Source: an uncultured Candidatus Actinomarina sp.
GTDB taxonomy: Bacteria; Actinomycetota; Acidimicrobiia; Actinomarinales; Actinomarinaceae
Reading direction: 5' to 3'
Assembly (NCBI GenBank): GCA_902576605.1
Contig: CACGVI010000001.1
Span: 29,429-93,428, forward strand
DNA: 64,000 nt
This document shows, piece by piece, positions 39,174 to 49,067 of the stretch. The translations under genes and the position numbers were made by a program. Below the pieces are notes generated by a model. That model ran no database searches. It saw only the letters and a list, made by a program, of their open reading frames with translations, and was not told where the DNA came from. How positions within the stretch are numbered: position 1 is the stretch's first letter; every line of letters starts with the position of its first letter.

Positions 39174-41141
39174 TTACACGAGTCCGCTAATTACTGCTCC
39201 TGCAACCAGGATTGCGATGTAGCTAAATAAACCACCAACTATGGCAGCCAGTTTCATGCTTCGAGAAATTGCACTAGGTCCGAATAGGTGATATACCAAA
39301 ACTCCAAAGAATGGAACTAAGTAAACAACACCCAACCAAACATATTTCATGCTCCCATTAACTCTATCGTTAGAGTCAATATCTTTTATTGCTAAAGCAG
39401 CCCAAGCAGCATACAACACAAACGGCATCAAGTAACCGTAAAGTTGAAACAATAACTGCCATACTGTAGGGCTAGAAATAGGCACTCCGCTCATAATTAT
39501 CTCCTTTTCAGAATTGTAGTAATTTTCTAAGTCTTCATTTAGTAAGTTTGTTGGTACCTGAATAGAGTCTAAATCAGGTACATAAAATAAATTTATTGCA
39601 GGAGAAGGTTTATTGATATCTGCAAATTGCATGTTTTCTTGTTCTTTTGGCCATGGGTACTCTTTATATCTGTTTTTATCAAGTTCTGTTGTTTGAGCAT
39701 CAGCAAAAAATCCAGCAAGCATCATTAAACCCGAAGGATCTCCTTGTAAAGGAAATCTTGCAATCAAGTTTGAAGAGTTTATTGATGAACATTTATGAAG
39801 TTGTTCTAAAAGTGGTGGGGTACTTGTTTGGTAAACATTGTCCTCAAAACAATTTCCTGGACCCCATGGTCCTGCAAGAGCTAAGTCAGTGTATCCAGAA
39901 TCTAAAACAACGTTGTCTTTTACGCTCACATGTTGTGAGAAATATAAATTTGCATCCAACATAGGACTTGCAACAATGCCATACCTGTCATGGTTAACAA
40001 CCAAATTTTTTTCTATTATGTCACCCACTCTTCCAGGCACTACTATCCCCATTCCTTTAGCTACAACGCCAAATCGGTTTGTAGGAGCTTCATAGTTATT
40101 ATTATCAATCACAAGATTTCCTACAATTGTTGTTTCCTTGCCAGGAGGATTGAGCTCAGAGTCAAGAGTATTTGGAACAATACCTGACATATTATCGCGC
40201 CATATATTGTTATATAAATATAGGTGACCTCCTGCATTGGTTCCCGAATAACCTAATGCATTACCCTCAACGACATTATCGTAGATTAAAGAATTACACG
40301 GATAACACTGTCCAATATAAATTCCACTATCCGGGTGTCCAGATGCGTATATATTATCAAATACGCCATCAGTTGAGTTAAATGCATAAACACCATAATC
40401 TCCATTGTTGTAAACAGTTAAATAAGAACCCTTAAACCCTTTTGCTGTATTCCAGTAAACACCATTTAGTGTAAAGTTTCTTACAGATAAATTCTCAACT
40501 GTCACTCCGTCTGTTTCATAAATCTGTATTCCGTTTTCACTCATAAACTGACCATCTATTATCACTTTGTTTCTATCAGTGCCTCTTAGTGTTAAATGCG
40601 AAGTAGTCACAGTTATGCTTTCGTTATAAACTCCTGGGTAAATTAGAATCAAATCTCCTTCTTGTGCAACATCAACAGCATCTTGAATTTTTGTAAATTT
40701 TTCACTTTGCCCTACACTCAAAACATTTTCACTTAAGCTGACGATCACTTTTTCAGGTTCAACTGCATAGTCAACATCACCTACAATTACTGTTCCAACC
40801 ATACCTTTGTTATTTGTTCCATGATATGGACAGTAATAATCGTAAACTCCAGGTTCATTAAATGTGTGCTCGTATTGATCACCTTTAGTAATAATTCCAT
40901 ATTCAAAATAGTCTGATGAAATTGCTTGCCAGGAACCGTCACTCGCAATTACATTATGATCATTTGCTCCACCAGATTCCCAAATTACTGTAGTACCAGG
41001 CTCAACTCTTATTACTTTTGGAGAAAACTCATCATCGACAACTCTTATAACTTGTGGATCTAAATTGGCAGACTCTTCACCTCCACATGCAAAAAGCATC
41101 ATAAGAAAAGATAAAAAAAGTATGCGCAGAATATTATTCAT
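39174..41141 (-). CDS. Lipoprotein with N-terminal cupredoxin (type-1 copper) domain, central right-handed beta-helix repeats and C-terminal PLDc_N-like membrane domain
   Basis: Start at ATG 41139-41141 (GAAAGG RBS). Signal peptide and lipobox LFACGG. Blue-copper site YDYYCPYHGTNNKGMVG. Long PbH1-like repetitive segment (NGVYWN ... NGDYGVYAF ... NALGYSG). C-terminal WQLLFQLYGYLMPFVLYAAWAALAIKDI ... WLGVVYLVPFFGVLVYHLFG resembles PLDc_N (PF13396). Confidence 0.6.
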   Translation of the reverse strand: MNNILRILFLSFLMMLFACGGEESANLDPQVIRVVDDEFSPKVIRVEPGTTVIWESGGANDHNVIASDGSWQAISSDYFEYGIITKGDQYEHTFNEPGVYDYYCPYHGTNNKGMVGTVIVGDVDYAVEPEKVIVSLSENVLSVGQSEKFTKIQDAVDVAQEGDLILIYPGVYNESITVTTSHLTLRGTDRNKVIIDGQFMSENGIQIYETDGVTVENLSVRNFTLNGVYWNTAKGFKGSYLTVYNNGDYGVYAFNSTDGVFDNIYASGHPDSGIYIGQCYPCNSLIYDNVVEGNALGYSGTNAGGHLYLYNNIWRDNMSGIVPNTLDSELNPPGKETTIVGNLVIDNNNYEAPTNRFGVVAKGMGIVVPGRVGDIIEKNLVVNHDRYGIVASPMLDANLYFSQHVSVKDNVVLDSGYTDLALAGPWGPGNCFEDNVYQTSTPPLLEQLHKCSSINSSNLIARFPLQGDPSGLMMLAGFFADAQTTELDKNRYKEYPWPKEQENMQFADINKPSPAINLFYVPDLDSIQVPTNLLNEDLENYYNSEKEIIMSGVPISSPTVWQLLFQLYGYLMPFVLYAAWAALAIKDIDSNDRVNGSMKYVWLGVVYLVPFFGVLVYHLFGPSAISRSMKLAAIVGGLFSYIAILVAGAVISGLV

Positions 41142-41201
41142 ACTAGATTTTACCTTTCTCAAATTGCAGATTCCATCTAAAAAAATAATTAGTATAAGAA
41201 T

Positions 41202-41429
41202 ATGGATGAAAGATATCCAACACAACAAAAAATCTGGACATGTCCTAAATGTGAATCAACTGAATATTCCGAAGATACAGTGACAATGACTGGTAAAACT
41301 TGGTCAAGATTTATGAACATACAGAATAGAAAGTTTTTAGCAGTAACTTGTTCAAAATGTAACTATACAGAGTTCTATAAAGGTGTTTCTAAAGGCTGGG
41401 AAAGCGTAATAGACTTTCTAGGTAACTAA
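41202..41429 (+). CDS. Small zinc-ribbon protein (CPKC ... CSKC)
   Basis: 75-aa ORF with two CxxC pairs spaced like a zinc ribbon. Divergent from the cupredoxin gene. Confidence 0.4.
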   Translation: MDERYPTQQKIWTCPKCESTEYSEDTVTMTGKTWSRFMNIQNRKFLAVTCSKCNYTEFYKGVSKGWESVIDFLGN

Positions 41430-42274
41430 GCCTGAATCCAATCATCAGGATTGTCATCTACAAAAAAGTCTGATACAAGCTTTGCCTCTGGATCTATCGC
41501 GTACTGATCAAAATCTGTAACGCCTTCTTCTTCAAGTACATCTTGGTCTAAAAAGAAATTACCGGTGCATGATGAAGAGTCTCTTTTTAATACGGCATAT
41601 GCGGCATCAGCATATATTGAAGGCTTCCTGGAACCTTTTACTAGCTCTTCTCCGATTACATTTCTTACAGCTGCGGTGTCAAGAGAGGTTCTTGGCCACA
41701 GACAATTAGATGCAACATTGTGCTTTTCAAGTTCTTCAGCCAGACCATGTGCAACAAGTGACATTCCATACTTTGCAGTTGTATAAGCAAGAGTCATACC
41801 AAACCACTTTCGCGCTATATCCAAAGGTGGTGAAAGCGTCAAAATGTGTGAGTTATCTCCTTTAATAAGATGAGGTATACATTTTTGGCTAAGCATAAAA
41901 GTTCCACGCACATTAATGTTGTGCATCAAGTCATATCTTTTCATAGGTGTATTGACAGTATCAGTTAAATGTATGGCACTTGCGTTATTGATACATATAT
42001 CTATACCACCAAATTTATTTACAGTTGCCTCAACTGCTGCTTCAACTTGATCCTCGTACCTAATGTCACAGACTATTGGGAGTGCAGTTCCTCCAACCTC
42101 TTCAATCTCATCAGCTGCAGTAAAGATTGTGCCGGGAAGAGTTGGGTGTGGCTCTGTAGTTTTTGCTAGGATCGCAATATTTGCTCCATCTTTGCCAAGT
42201 GCTTTTGCAATTTCGAGACCAACACCACGCGAGCCCCCACTCATAATTACTGTTTTGTTTTTAAAATATGTCAT
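41426..42274 (-). CDS. Short-chain dehydrogenase/reductase (SDR)
   Basis: N-terminal MSGGSRGVGLEIA (TGxxxGxG-like). NNAS and catalytic YTTAK (YxxxK). Confidence 0.8.
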   Translation of the reverse strand: MTYFKNKTVIMSGGSRGVGLEIAKALGKDGANIAILAKTTEPHPTLPGTIFTAADEIEEVGGTALPIVCDIRYEDQVEAAVEATVNKFGGIDICINNASAIHLTDTVNTPMKRYDLMHNINVRGTFMLSQKCIPHLIKGDNSHILTLSPPLDIARKWFGMTLAYTTAKYGMSLVAHGLAEELEKHNVASNCLWPRTSLDTAAVRNVIGEELVKGSRKPSIYADAAYAVLKRDSSSCTGNFFLDQDVLEEEGVTDFDQYAIDPEAKLVSDFFVDDNPDDWIQA

Positions 42275-42343
42275 TTTTATATTCTATTAAAATTGTGTAT
42301 TCTCTGTAGAGTCTTTTTTCGAAAGTAGGTTTGATTCATGAAT

Positions 42344-43459
42344 TTAGTGTTGGCTTGCAGCCACACTAGCGATTATAACAATAAGAGTCAATACTCCAGC
42401 GGATGCAATCAGAACTTCACTTCTTGTAATTTTTATCTTAGGAGCCGCACTCATTACACTTGCAAAAAGTAATATTGCTGCTGAAATAATTAATGCAAAT
42501 AGTGGTGCATATTCATGAAAGTTCAAAAATACTTGAGCTATAGCAACTGCAATTAAACCACCAACAACTATTGACCCCAATGGAATCACGATTGAGCCGA
42601 CAATTCTCTGGCGTATTTTTTGAGCTTCAGAATCTTCAAAATCTTCAAGCCCTTTTGGAACACCAAGTAGCATTGTCAAGGTAGATATCGCTGCTTGTAC
42701 AAAAGTTGATAAAATTACAACCCTCCAAAAAGCCCCACCAACTGTAATTAAATTTATTACTGGATCATCAGGAAGTACAGGCTCTATCGTCTGTCCAACA
42801 CTATTTATTATAAAAAATGCTGTTGAGGAACCTAAAACTAAACCTAGCCCACCACCAGTGAAAACAGATTCTCTGTCAGAAGTAAGTATGCCAAAGCCAT
42901 CAAAATTTGAATCCAAAAACTTTTTAACGTTTAATGAATTAAGTATTCCAAGAAAACTAGTGGATAGTGAAATAATTATGACAAAAGACACGGCATTATA
43001 TTCAGCTATTAACTTTTGCGTTTCAGCTTCGAGTATTAGTCCATCGTAGAGATAAGAGCTTGAAAGAAGCCCCTGCACAAATCCAGCTATAACTCCAAAA
43101 CTTAATCCAAATTTCAAAGACCTTGATAATTTTTGACTAATACTTACAGGAGGAGGCAAGTCTTCTTTTATCAAAATTGCAGTTTGAAATTGCTCAACAC
43201 TATTCTCAGGTTCTTCTACTTCAACGGGTTCATCTACTTGATCTTCTACTGGAGTAGGAGTGTCTTCAACTACTTCCTGTGATTCTGATACAGTTTCACT
43301 AGCAGGCGCTGCTTTGATAGCCTCACCACCAGTCCAACTGTTTAGAACATCATTTACAGTAACTCCGGATGCTTCAGCCCTTGCTTGTGCAGATCTTGAT
43401 ATCAACATTTGAGGAATACCACTACTTGAGCTAACTTGTTCTACGAGTTTTTCATCCAT
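42344..43459 (-). CDS. Hypothetical membrane protein (N-terminal soluble domain, acidic linker, ~6 TM helices) adjacent to the cta cluster
   Basis: 371 aa with no motif recognised. Sits downstream of ctaG on the same strand. Confidence 0.4.
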   Translation of the reverse strand: MDEKLVEQVSSSSGIPQMLISRSAQARAEASGVTVNDVLNSWTGGEAIKAAPASETVSESQEVVEDTPTPVEDQVDEPVEVEEPENSVEQFQTAILIKEDLPPPVSISQKLSRSLKFGLSFGVIAGFVQGLLSSSYLYDGLILEAETQKLIAEYNAVSFVIIISLSTSFLGILNSLNVKKFLDSNFDGFGILTSDRESVFTGGGLGLVLGSSTAFFIINSVGQTIEPVLPDDPVINLITVGGAFWRVVILSTFVQAAISTLTMLLGVPKGLEDFEDSEAQKIRQRIVGSIVIPLGSIVVGGLIAVAIAQVFLNFHEYAPLFALIISAAILLFASVMSAAPKIKITRSEVLIASAGVLTLIVIIASVAASQH

Positions 43460-43477
43460 AATAAAATCTATATAATT

Positions 43478-44257
43478 CTAGTCATTTGAGTTGTTTCTAA
43501 CTACATCATCAAACGTTTTTTCATCTTGGTACCATCTCATCCAAATAACAAGGATTGAAATCCACAAAATAATTCCTCCACCAAGTTTTAAAATTAAACC
43601 TGCCAGTGTTTGGTCATTAATTACTGATATGTTGAATATGTTATCACTCATGACATACGCTGAATAAAGTGGCTCTGTACCAAAAGCTAGAAAACTTGCT
43701 GGTATTGTTGGCAGTAATGATTGTAAAAATAAGTACCCTATTTTTGCGGCAGAATTTATTGGCCTAATTTGATCGTTAAATCCTATTACCGGTACCCACA
43801 TGTTTAATGAGACTAAAAGCATTATCGAGTGTATAAAAAAATGAGCAACTGTGTTTGTTACCATTAGATTAACAACAGATGACCAATGCATCCCCACCAT
43901 AACAAAATTGAACATAAAAAAGGCAACTACAGGTTTAGACGTTATTTTTAACGTTTTAATAAATGGTTTAACCGATATAAGCTCTTTCATTTCTCTATGC
44001 ATACCCATTAATAAAAGAGGGGGAGAAACTAATGCTAGAACAAGATGTTCTACAGAGTGAACAGAAAATAAGTATTTTTCTCCAATATCATGTAACGGAT
44101 AATCAGTGAATATCCAGAGTGCCAGTAAGCCTGAGTACCATGTTTTTCTTTTAGGTTTTTTTAGATGTTCTTTATTTGTAGTAAATTCAAAAAATACTAC
44201 AAGGGTTACAATCAAAGCCCATACGTCATAGTGAGGATGCCATGGTAAATTCTGCAT
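43478..44257 (-). CDS. ctaG: Putative caa3-type cytochrome oxidase assembly factor CtaG-like membrane protein
   Basis: 259 aa with 7 TM helices and His-rich loops. Its position after ctaF matches the Bacillus ctaCDEFG order. The call rests mainly on synteny. Confidence 0.4.
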   Translation of the reverse strand: MQNLPWHPHYDVWALIVTLVVFFEFTTNKEHLKKPKRKTWYSGLLALWIFTDYPLHDIGEKYLFSVHSVEHLVLALVSPPLLLMGMHREMKELISVKPFIKTLKITSKPVVAFFMFNFVMVGMHWSSVVNLMVTNTVAHFFIHSIMLLVSLNMWVPVIGFNDQIRPINSAAKIGYLFLQSLLPTIPASFLAFGTEPLYSAYVMSDNIFNISVINDQTLAGLILKLGGGIILWISILVIWMRWYQDEKTFDDVVRNNSND

Positions 44258-44264
44258 TTATAAC

Positions 44265-44564
44265 CTAAAAATAATTCGCCGAAGCTCTTTCAACCATGAC
44301 TATAGTAAAAAGTATCAAAGCTAAAACCATACCGCCAACAAAGAACCTATTAATTGTCTTATTTTCATAACGCAGATGCATAAACCAACCAACTACAATT
44401 ATGAATTTTCCTACTGCTAAAAATATCAGAAGTGGATCAGTGAAAACACCAACAATGTCTTCTGTGTAATAAAGAGCTATCTCAATTGCAGTTAAAATAC
44501 CAAGTACAATTGCTATTTGAACATATTTTTTTGGAGTTGGGTGCTCTATGTGACTATCAGACAT
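44265..44564 (-). CDS. ctaF: Cytochrome c oxidase subunit IV (prokaryotic CoxIV/CtaF)
   Basis: 99 aa with 3 TM helices. Conserved GWFMHL motif of prokaryotic subunit IV. Immediately follows ctaE. Confidence 0.6.
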   Translation of the reverse strand: MSDSHIEHPTPKKYVQIAIVLGILTAIEIALYYTEDIVGVFTDPLLIFLAVGKFIIVVGWFMHLRYENKTINRFFVGGMVLALILFTIVMVERASANYF

Positions 44565-44565
44565 A

Positions 44566-45150
44566 TCAAATTAAGTAAACTACTGTAAACAATACTATCC
44601 AGACAATGTCAACAAAGTGCCAATAAAGCGCAACGAACTCAAGATTCATACCACCTTCAAGTGTTAACCCTTTTTGTCTTTGACCAATTCCCCACAATGC
44701 TAAAAGCAAGACTACACCGATAAAAACATGCAATCCATGAAAGCCAGTTAATACGTAAAAGGATGAACTAAAGATATTTGTTGTAAGCTCAAAACCTTTA
44801 TGATAAAACTCTGTAAATTCGTATATTTGTCCTGCTAAAAATACTGCGCCTAACATTGCTGTTGCTAGGAGCCACACTCTTGTTTTTTCTTGATCATTTG
44901 CTTCTAATGCATTGTGAGCCAAAACCATAGTCAATGAACTCATTAACAAGATAAAAGAGCTAATGGATGTAAATGGAATATCATAAACATCTGTTAATTT
45001 CATTCCAGGAAAATCACTTCCTTTAAATATCATAAAAGTGGTAATTAATGTGCCAAAAAATAATATTTCAGTGGATAAAAATACCCACATACCAAGTTTT
45101 CTGGTTTCTACACCTGTGGGTTCATGGGGATAGGAGTGAGAGCTACTCAT
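44566..45150 (-). CDS. ctaE: Cytochrome c oxidase subunit III (short form)
   Basis: Heme-copper oxidase subunit III similarity (GFHGLHVFIGV ... LYWHFVDIVWI). Confidence 0.85.
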   Translation of the reverse strand: MSSSHSYPHEPTGVETRKLGMWVFLSTEILFFGTLITTFMIFKGSDFPGMKLTDVYDIPFTSISSFILLMSSLTMVLAHNALEANDQEKTRVWLLATAMLGAVFLAGQIYEFTEFYHKGFELTTNIFSSSFYVLTGFHGLHVFIGVVLLLALWGIGQRQKGLTLEGGMNLEFVALYWHFVDIVWIVLFTVVYLI

Positions 45151-47101
45151 CTGAGTCTATATGGATTTCTTCTTCAAGAGGTTCTGTTCCCCAACCAAAT
45201 CCTCCTATTAGTAACAACACGGTACCAATCAAAGCTAATGGAATAGATTTATAAATAACTGCATAGCCTAAAAATGGCAGACCAGATGCCAGGACAATCG
45301 GGAAATATGAAGGATTAGGTAAAGCAATATGTTCACTAGGGTTTAGGCCATCTTCTTCTAATTCAAGAAGTATCTGATCAGCTTCTTCACGTCTAACTGC
45401 CCTGCCTTCTTCGTCTTCAGAATATTTAGTGTGCCAAAAGTCATCAAGTGATTTAACAATAGGTGCTGTTGAAAAATTCCAAACAGGTGTAGGTGATGGA
45501 ATTGCCCACTCTAACGTCCTTGCATCCCAAGGGTCAAATGGAGCTTTTTCTCCATTTCTCTTCGAGAAAATCCAATTAATCATGAAAACAATAATTGACA
45601 AAGCTATGATAAAAGCCCCAACTGTTACAATAATATTCCAGAATTGTAAGTTTGTTTCTTCTGCATATACCCAGGTACGCCTTACCTGACCTTGAAGTCC
45701 CAACCAATGCATTGGTCCAAAAGTAAGATTAAAACCAATCATCATTAGCCAAAAATGTATCTTTCCAAGCGACTCGTTATACATTTTGCCCCAAACTTTT
45801 GGAAACCAATAATAAAGTCCAGAAAAAATTCCAAACAAAGCTCCACCAAACAATACGTAGTGAAAGTGTGCTACAACATAGTAGGTATCCGTTTGCTGTG
45901 TGTCTGCTGGAACTATTGAGTGAGTTACTCCACTTAAGCCACCAATGACAAACATACCTATGAAACCTAAAGAAAATAGCATTGGAGTATTCAGCTTTAG
46001 TTTGCCACCCCATATCGTACCAAGCCAATTAAATATTTTTACTCCTGTTGGGACAGCAATTACCATTGTCGATAAACCAAATCCAGCCTGAGCAACTGGG
46101 CTAATTGCAGAAGCAAACATGTGGTGCGCCCATACTCCAAAGCCTATAAATGCGATTCCAAATCCTGCAAAAACTATTGCAGCATAACCAAAAAGTGGCT
46201 TTCTTGAAAAAGTTGGAAGTACTTCTGAGACAATCCCAAATGCGGGCAGAATTAGAATATAAACTTCTGGATGGCCAAACAACCAGAACAGGTGCTGCCA
46301 TAAAATTGGATCACCGCCACCTTCTGTTAAAAAGAATGTAGTTCCAAATTTTCTATCAAATGTTACATAGAAGAGCGCTATTGCAATTATTGGCAAAGAA
46401 AAAGCAAGCAAAAAAGATACGGCAAAAGTCATCCAAGTAAATACTGGCATTCTCATGAATCGCATACCTTCTGTTCTCATGTTGATAATGGTTGTAATAA
46501 AATTAAACGCAGAAATTAAAGATGCAATTCCAAGTATTTGTAGCCCTATAGCCCAATAATCCATAGCAGTGCCTGGAGAATATTTCATGCCAGCGTTGGG
46601 TTGATAGCCAAACCAGCCACCGTTTGGTGCAGATCCTAACCACCCAACTTCTTCAGCTAGGTAACCACCTTCTGGTGCTCCCGCAGTTCCAAATATAAAT
46701 GTAGAGTATAAAAATGCTCCTCCGAAGATAAATATCCAGAACGAGAGAGCATTCAGCCTTGGAAAAGCAACATCACGTGCCCCAATTTGTAGTGGAAGAA
46801 GGTAATTAAAGAAGGCGGCACTAATTGGCATAATTGCCAAGAAAATCATCGTGGTTCCGTGCATTGTGAACATTGCATTGTACTCTGCCGCTGTTAAAAA
46901 ATTATTATCTGGTTGTGATAGCTGAATTCGAAGAATAAGTGCTTCTAATCCACCAATTAATAGGAAGAAAAAAGCCGCATACCCGTACATTATGCCAATT
47001 CTTTTGTGATCAACTGTAGTTATCCAGCTCCATATACCAGTCTCAGAAGAAGGTCTTCTGAAAATACTACTTTGTTTACTCGGTTCAATTATTTTTGTCA
47101 T
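45143..47101 (-). CDS. ctaD: Cytochrome c oxidase subunit I
   Basis: Canonical COX1 (WFGHPEVYILILPAFG, HHMF, His ligands). 652 aa, including a C-terminal extension with two extra TM helices. Confidence 0.95.
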   Translation of the reverse strand: MTKIIEPSKQSSIFRRPSSETGIWSWITTVDHKRIGIMYGYAAFFFLLIGGLEALILRIQLSQPDNNFLTAAEYNAMFTMHGTTMIFLAIMPISAAFFNYLLPLQIGARDVAFPRLNALSFWIFIFGGAFLYSTFIFGTAGAPEGGYLAEEVGWLGSAPNGGWFGYQPNAGMKYSPGTAMDYWAIGLQILGIASLISAFNFITTIINMRTEGMRFMRMPVFTWMTFAVSFLLAFSLPIIAIALFYVTFDRKFGTTFFLTEGGGDPILWQHLFWLFGHPEVYILILPAFGIVSEVLPTFSRKPLFGYAAIVFAGFGIAFIGFGVWAHHMFASAISPVAQAGFGLSTMVIAVPTGVKIFNWLGTIWGGKLKLNTPMLFSLGFIGMFVIGGLSGVTHSIVPADTQQTDTYYVVAHFHYVLFGGALFGIFSGLYYWFPKVWGKMYNESLGKIHFWLMMIGFNLTFGPMHWLGLQGQVRRTWVYAEETNLQFWNIIVTVGAFIIALSIIVFMINWIFSKRNGEKAPFDPWDARTLEWAIPSPTPVWNFSTAPIVKSLDDFWHTKYSEDEEGRAVRREEADQILLELEEDGLNPSEHIALPNPSYFPIVLASGLPFLGYAVIYKSIPLALIGTVLLLIGGFGWGTEPLEEEIHIDSDE

Positions 47102-48111
47102 TTAAGTGTCCCTAAATACGCAATTAAAGCATTTATTTCTGCTTCAGTCAATTCTAGATTAGGCATAAATGTACCCGGTTTTATTTCAGCAGGATTTGCC
47201 AACCACTTGCTTAGATTTTCTCTATTGTTATAAAGTGCTGCCCCAGCAAAAACATTTCTATTTGCAAAGTGTGTTAAGTTTGGAGCTATTCTATCTCCTT
47301 GTACATCCCAAACACCATCAATTACGTGACACTGTGTGCAACCAGCATTTAGATAAACTTGTTGACCTTCAGCTGCTAAAGAGTTTCCTTCAAGCTTATT
47401 GGCATTTTGTTGTTGATTTTTTACCCATGCTTCAAAGTCATTCTCTGAAAGTGAAAGTACACGACCCCGCATTTTAGAGTGGCTTAGACCACAATATTCA
47501 CCACATTGTGCCCAAAATTCATCTGGAGAATCCGCATGTAAATTTAAATATGTAGTTTGTCCAGGAACAAGGTATCTTTTACCATTTAATTTTGGAACCC
47601 AATAATTATGAAGTACATCATTAGACCACATTTCAAGCCTGACTGGCCTATCGGCTGGAATAACTAATACGTTTGCGGTAGTTATGTCATAGTCTGGGTA
47701 TTTATATTCAAACCACCATTGGTGACCAATTACTTCAATTTTTAGAGCATCTTTAGGTTCGTTTGCGAGATCAAAAATCGTTCTAACGGTGGGTACCGCA
47801 ATAACTGCTAAAATAATTACTGGAATAACTGTCCAAAGAATTTCTAATTTAGTATTCCCATGTATCTGTTTTGGTTCAGGACTATCTGGCTTTTCTTTAA
47901 ATACAAAAACAGAGAGAAGCAATGCTCCTTGGACAATTAAGAAAATTACTACAGCTATCCAAAAAGTTAACCAAAATAATTCATCTATTGATCTTGCATA
48001 AGGGCCTTCAGGACTTAAAGAGTCTAAAGGGGCATTTTCGATACAAGCAGACAAAAATACCAAAGCTAAAAATCTTAAATTCTTTAACTTAAAAATGTTT
48101 TTCACGAGCAT
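47098..48111 (-). CDS. ctaC: Cytochrome c oxidase subunit II with fused C-terminal cytochrome c domain (caa3-type)
   Basis: CuA site (HNYWVPKL ... CGEYCGLSHSKM) and a C-terminal heme-c motif CTQCH. Lipoprotein signal (LSAC). Start placed at the internal ATG 48109-48111, because the longer ORF would lie only 15 nt from divergent ctaB. Confidence 0.88.
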   Translation of the reverse strand: MLVKNIFKLKNLRFLALVFLSACIENAPLDSLSPEGPYARSIDELFWLTFWIAVVIFLIVQGALLLSVFVFKEKPDSPEPKQIHGNTKLEILWTVIPVIILAVIAVPTVRTIFDLANEPKDALKIEVIGHQWWFEYKYPDYDITTANVLVIPADRPVRLEMWSNDVLHNYWVPKLNGKRYLVPGQTTYLNLHADSPDEFWAQCGEYCGLSHSKMRGRVLSLSENDFEAWVKNQQQNANKLEGNSLAAEGQQVYLNAGCTQCHVIDGVWDVQGDRIAPNLTHFANRNVFAGAALYNNRENLSKWLANPAEIKPGTFMPNLELTEAEINALIAYLGTLK

Positions 48112-48183
48112 ATTTATATTATCAACAACTATTAAGGATAGCGTTGAAATAGTATATAGTGTAATCATAAGTACTATGTCGTT

Positions 48184-49065
48184 ATGGAAACTGTTACAAA
48201 AAAAAACATATCAAAATATATAAGGCTTTCTAAATTAAGAATTGTTGAGCTTTTATTAATTACAACGGTTCCATCAATGATTGTATCAATATATGGTTTT
48301 CCACCCCTCGAATTAATAGTATTCACCCTACTAGGTGGTACCTTATTAGCTGTCAGTGCAAATGTTCTAAACCAAATATTTGAAATCGAAACTGACAGAC
48401 TAATGGAGAGAACAGCAAAAAGACCTCTTGTAACTGGAGAGATTAATAAAAAAAGTGCATATGTTTATTCAATTTCCCTTGGGTTAGTAGGGTTTCTAGT
48501 TTTGTACACCCAAACAACAGAACTTGCTGCATTCATTGCTCTTTCTGCAAATATTTTTTACTCATTTATTTACACCCTTGTTTTAAAGCCAAGAACAAAT
48601 CAAAATATAGTCATAGGAGGAGCTGCGGGCGCAGCTCCAGTTCTAATAGGATGGTCTGCTACTGGTACAAATTTAGATACTGGTTCGTGGCTTTTGTTTT
48701 TATTAGTTTTTCTTTGGACTCCGGCTCATTTTTGGGCTTTATCAATTGATAAGTTAAATGATTATAAAGATGCAAACTTTCCCATGTTGCCAACTCAAGA
48801 ATCATACAAAAGAACATCAATATTTATTGGGATATATTCATGCGCAACGGTATTGACTTCATTGTTGCTTGCTCCAATTCTTCAATTAGGAATGGTATAT
48901 CTTATACTGTCACTAATTTTTGGATTGTATTTAATGTATAAGTCATACCAGCTTTATAGAAAACAAATTAAAGCAATTTCATATTTTGTATTTTCAAATA
49001 CATATCTTGCTGTAATATTTCTAGCTATGGTTGCAGATATATTCATAACTTTGAGTAGTATCTAA
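48184..49065 (+). CDS. ctaB: Protoheme IX farnesyltransferase (heme O synthase)
   Basis: UbiA-family motifs (NQIFEIETDRLMERTAKRPL), 9 TM helices. Divergent from ctaC. Confidence 0.85.
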   Translation: METVTKKNISKYIRLSKLRIVELLLITTVPSMIVSIYGFPPLELIVFTLLGGTLLAVSANVLNQIFEIETDRLMERTAKRPLVTGEINKKSAYVYSISLGLVGFLVLYTQTTELAAFIALSANIFYSFIYTLVLKPRTNQNIVIGGAAGAAPVLIGWSATGTNLDTGSWLLFLLVFLWTPAHFWALSIDKLNDYKDANFPMLPTQESYKRTSIFIGIYSCATVLTSLLLAPILQLGMVYLILSLIFGLYLMYKSYQLYRKQIKAISYFVFSNTYLAVIFLAMVADIFITLSSI

Positions 49066-49067
49066 AT

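Noticed and set aside
48112-48168. Longer ctaC start (ORF listed to 48168)
   Set aside because: It would leave only 15 nt between divergent ctaC and ctaB. The internal ATG at 48111 precedes a standard lipoprotein signal peptide.
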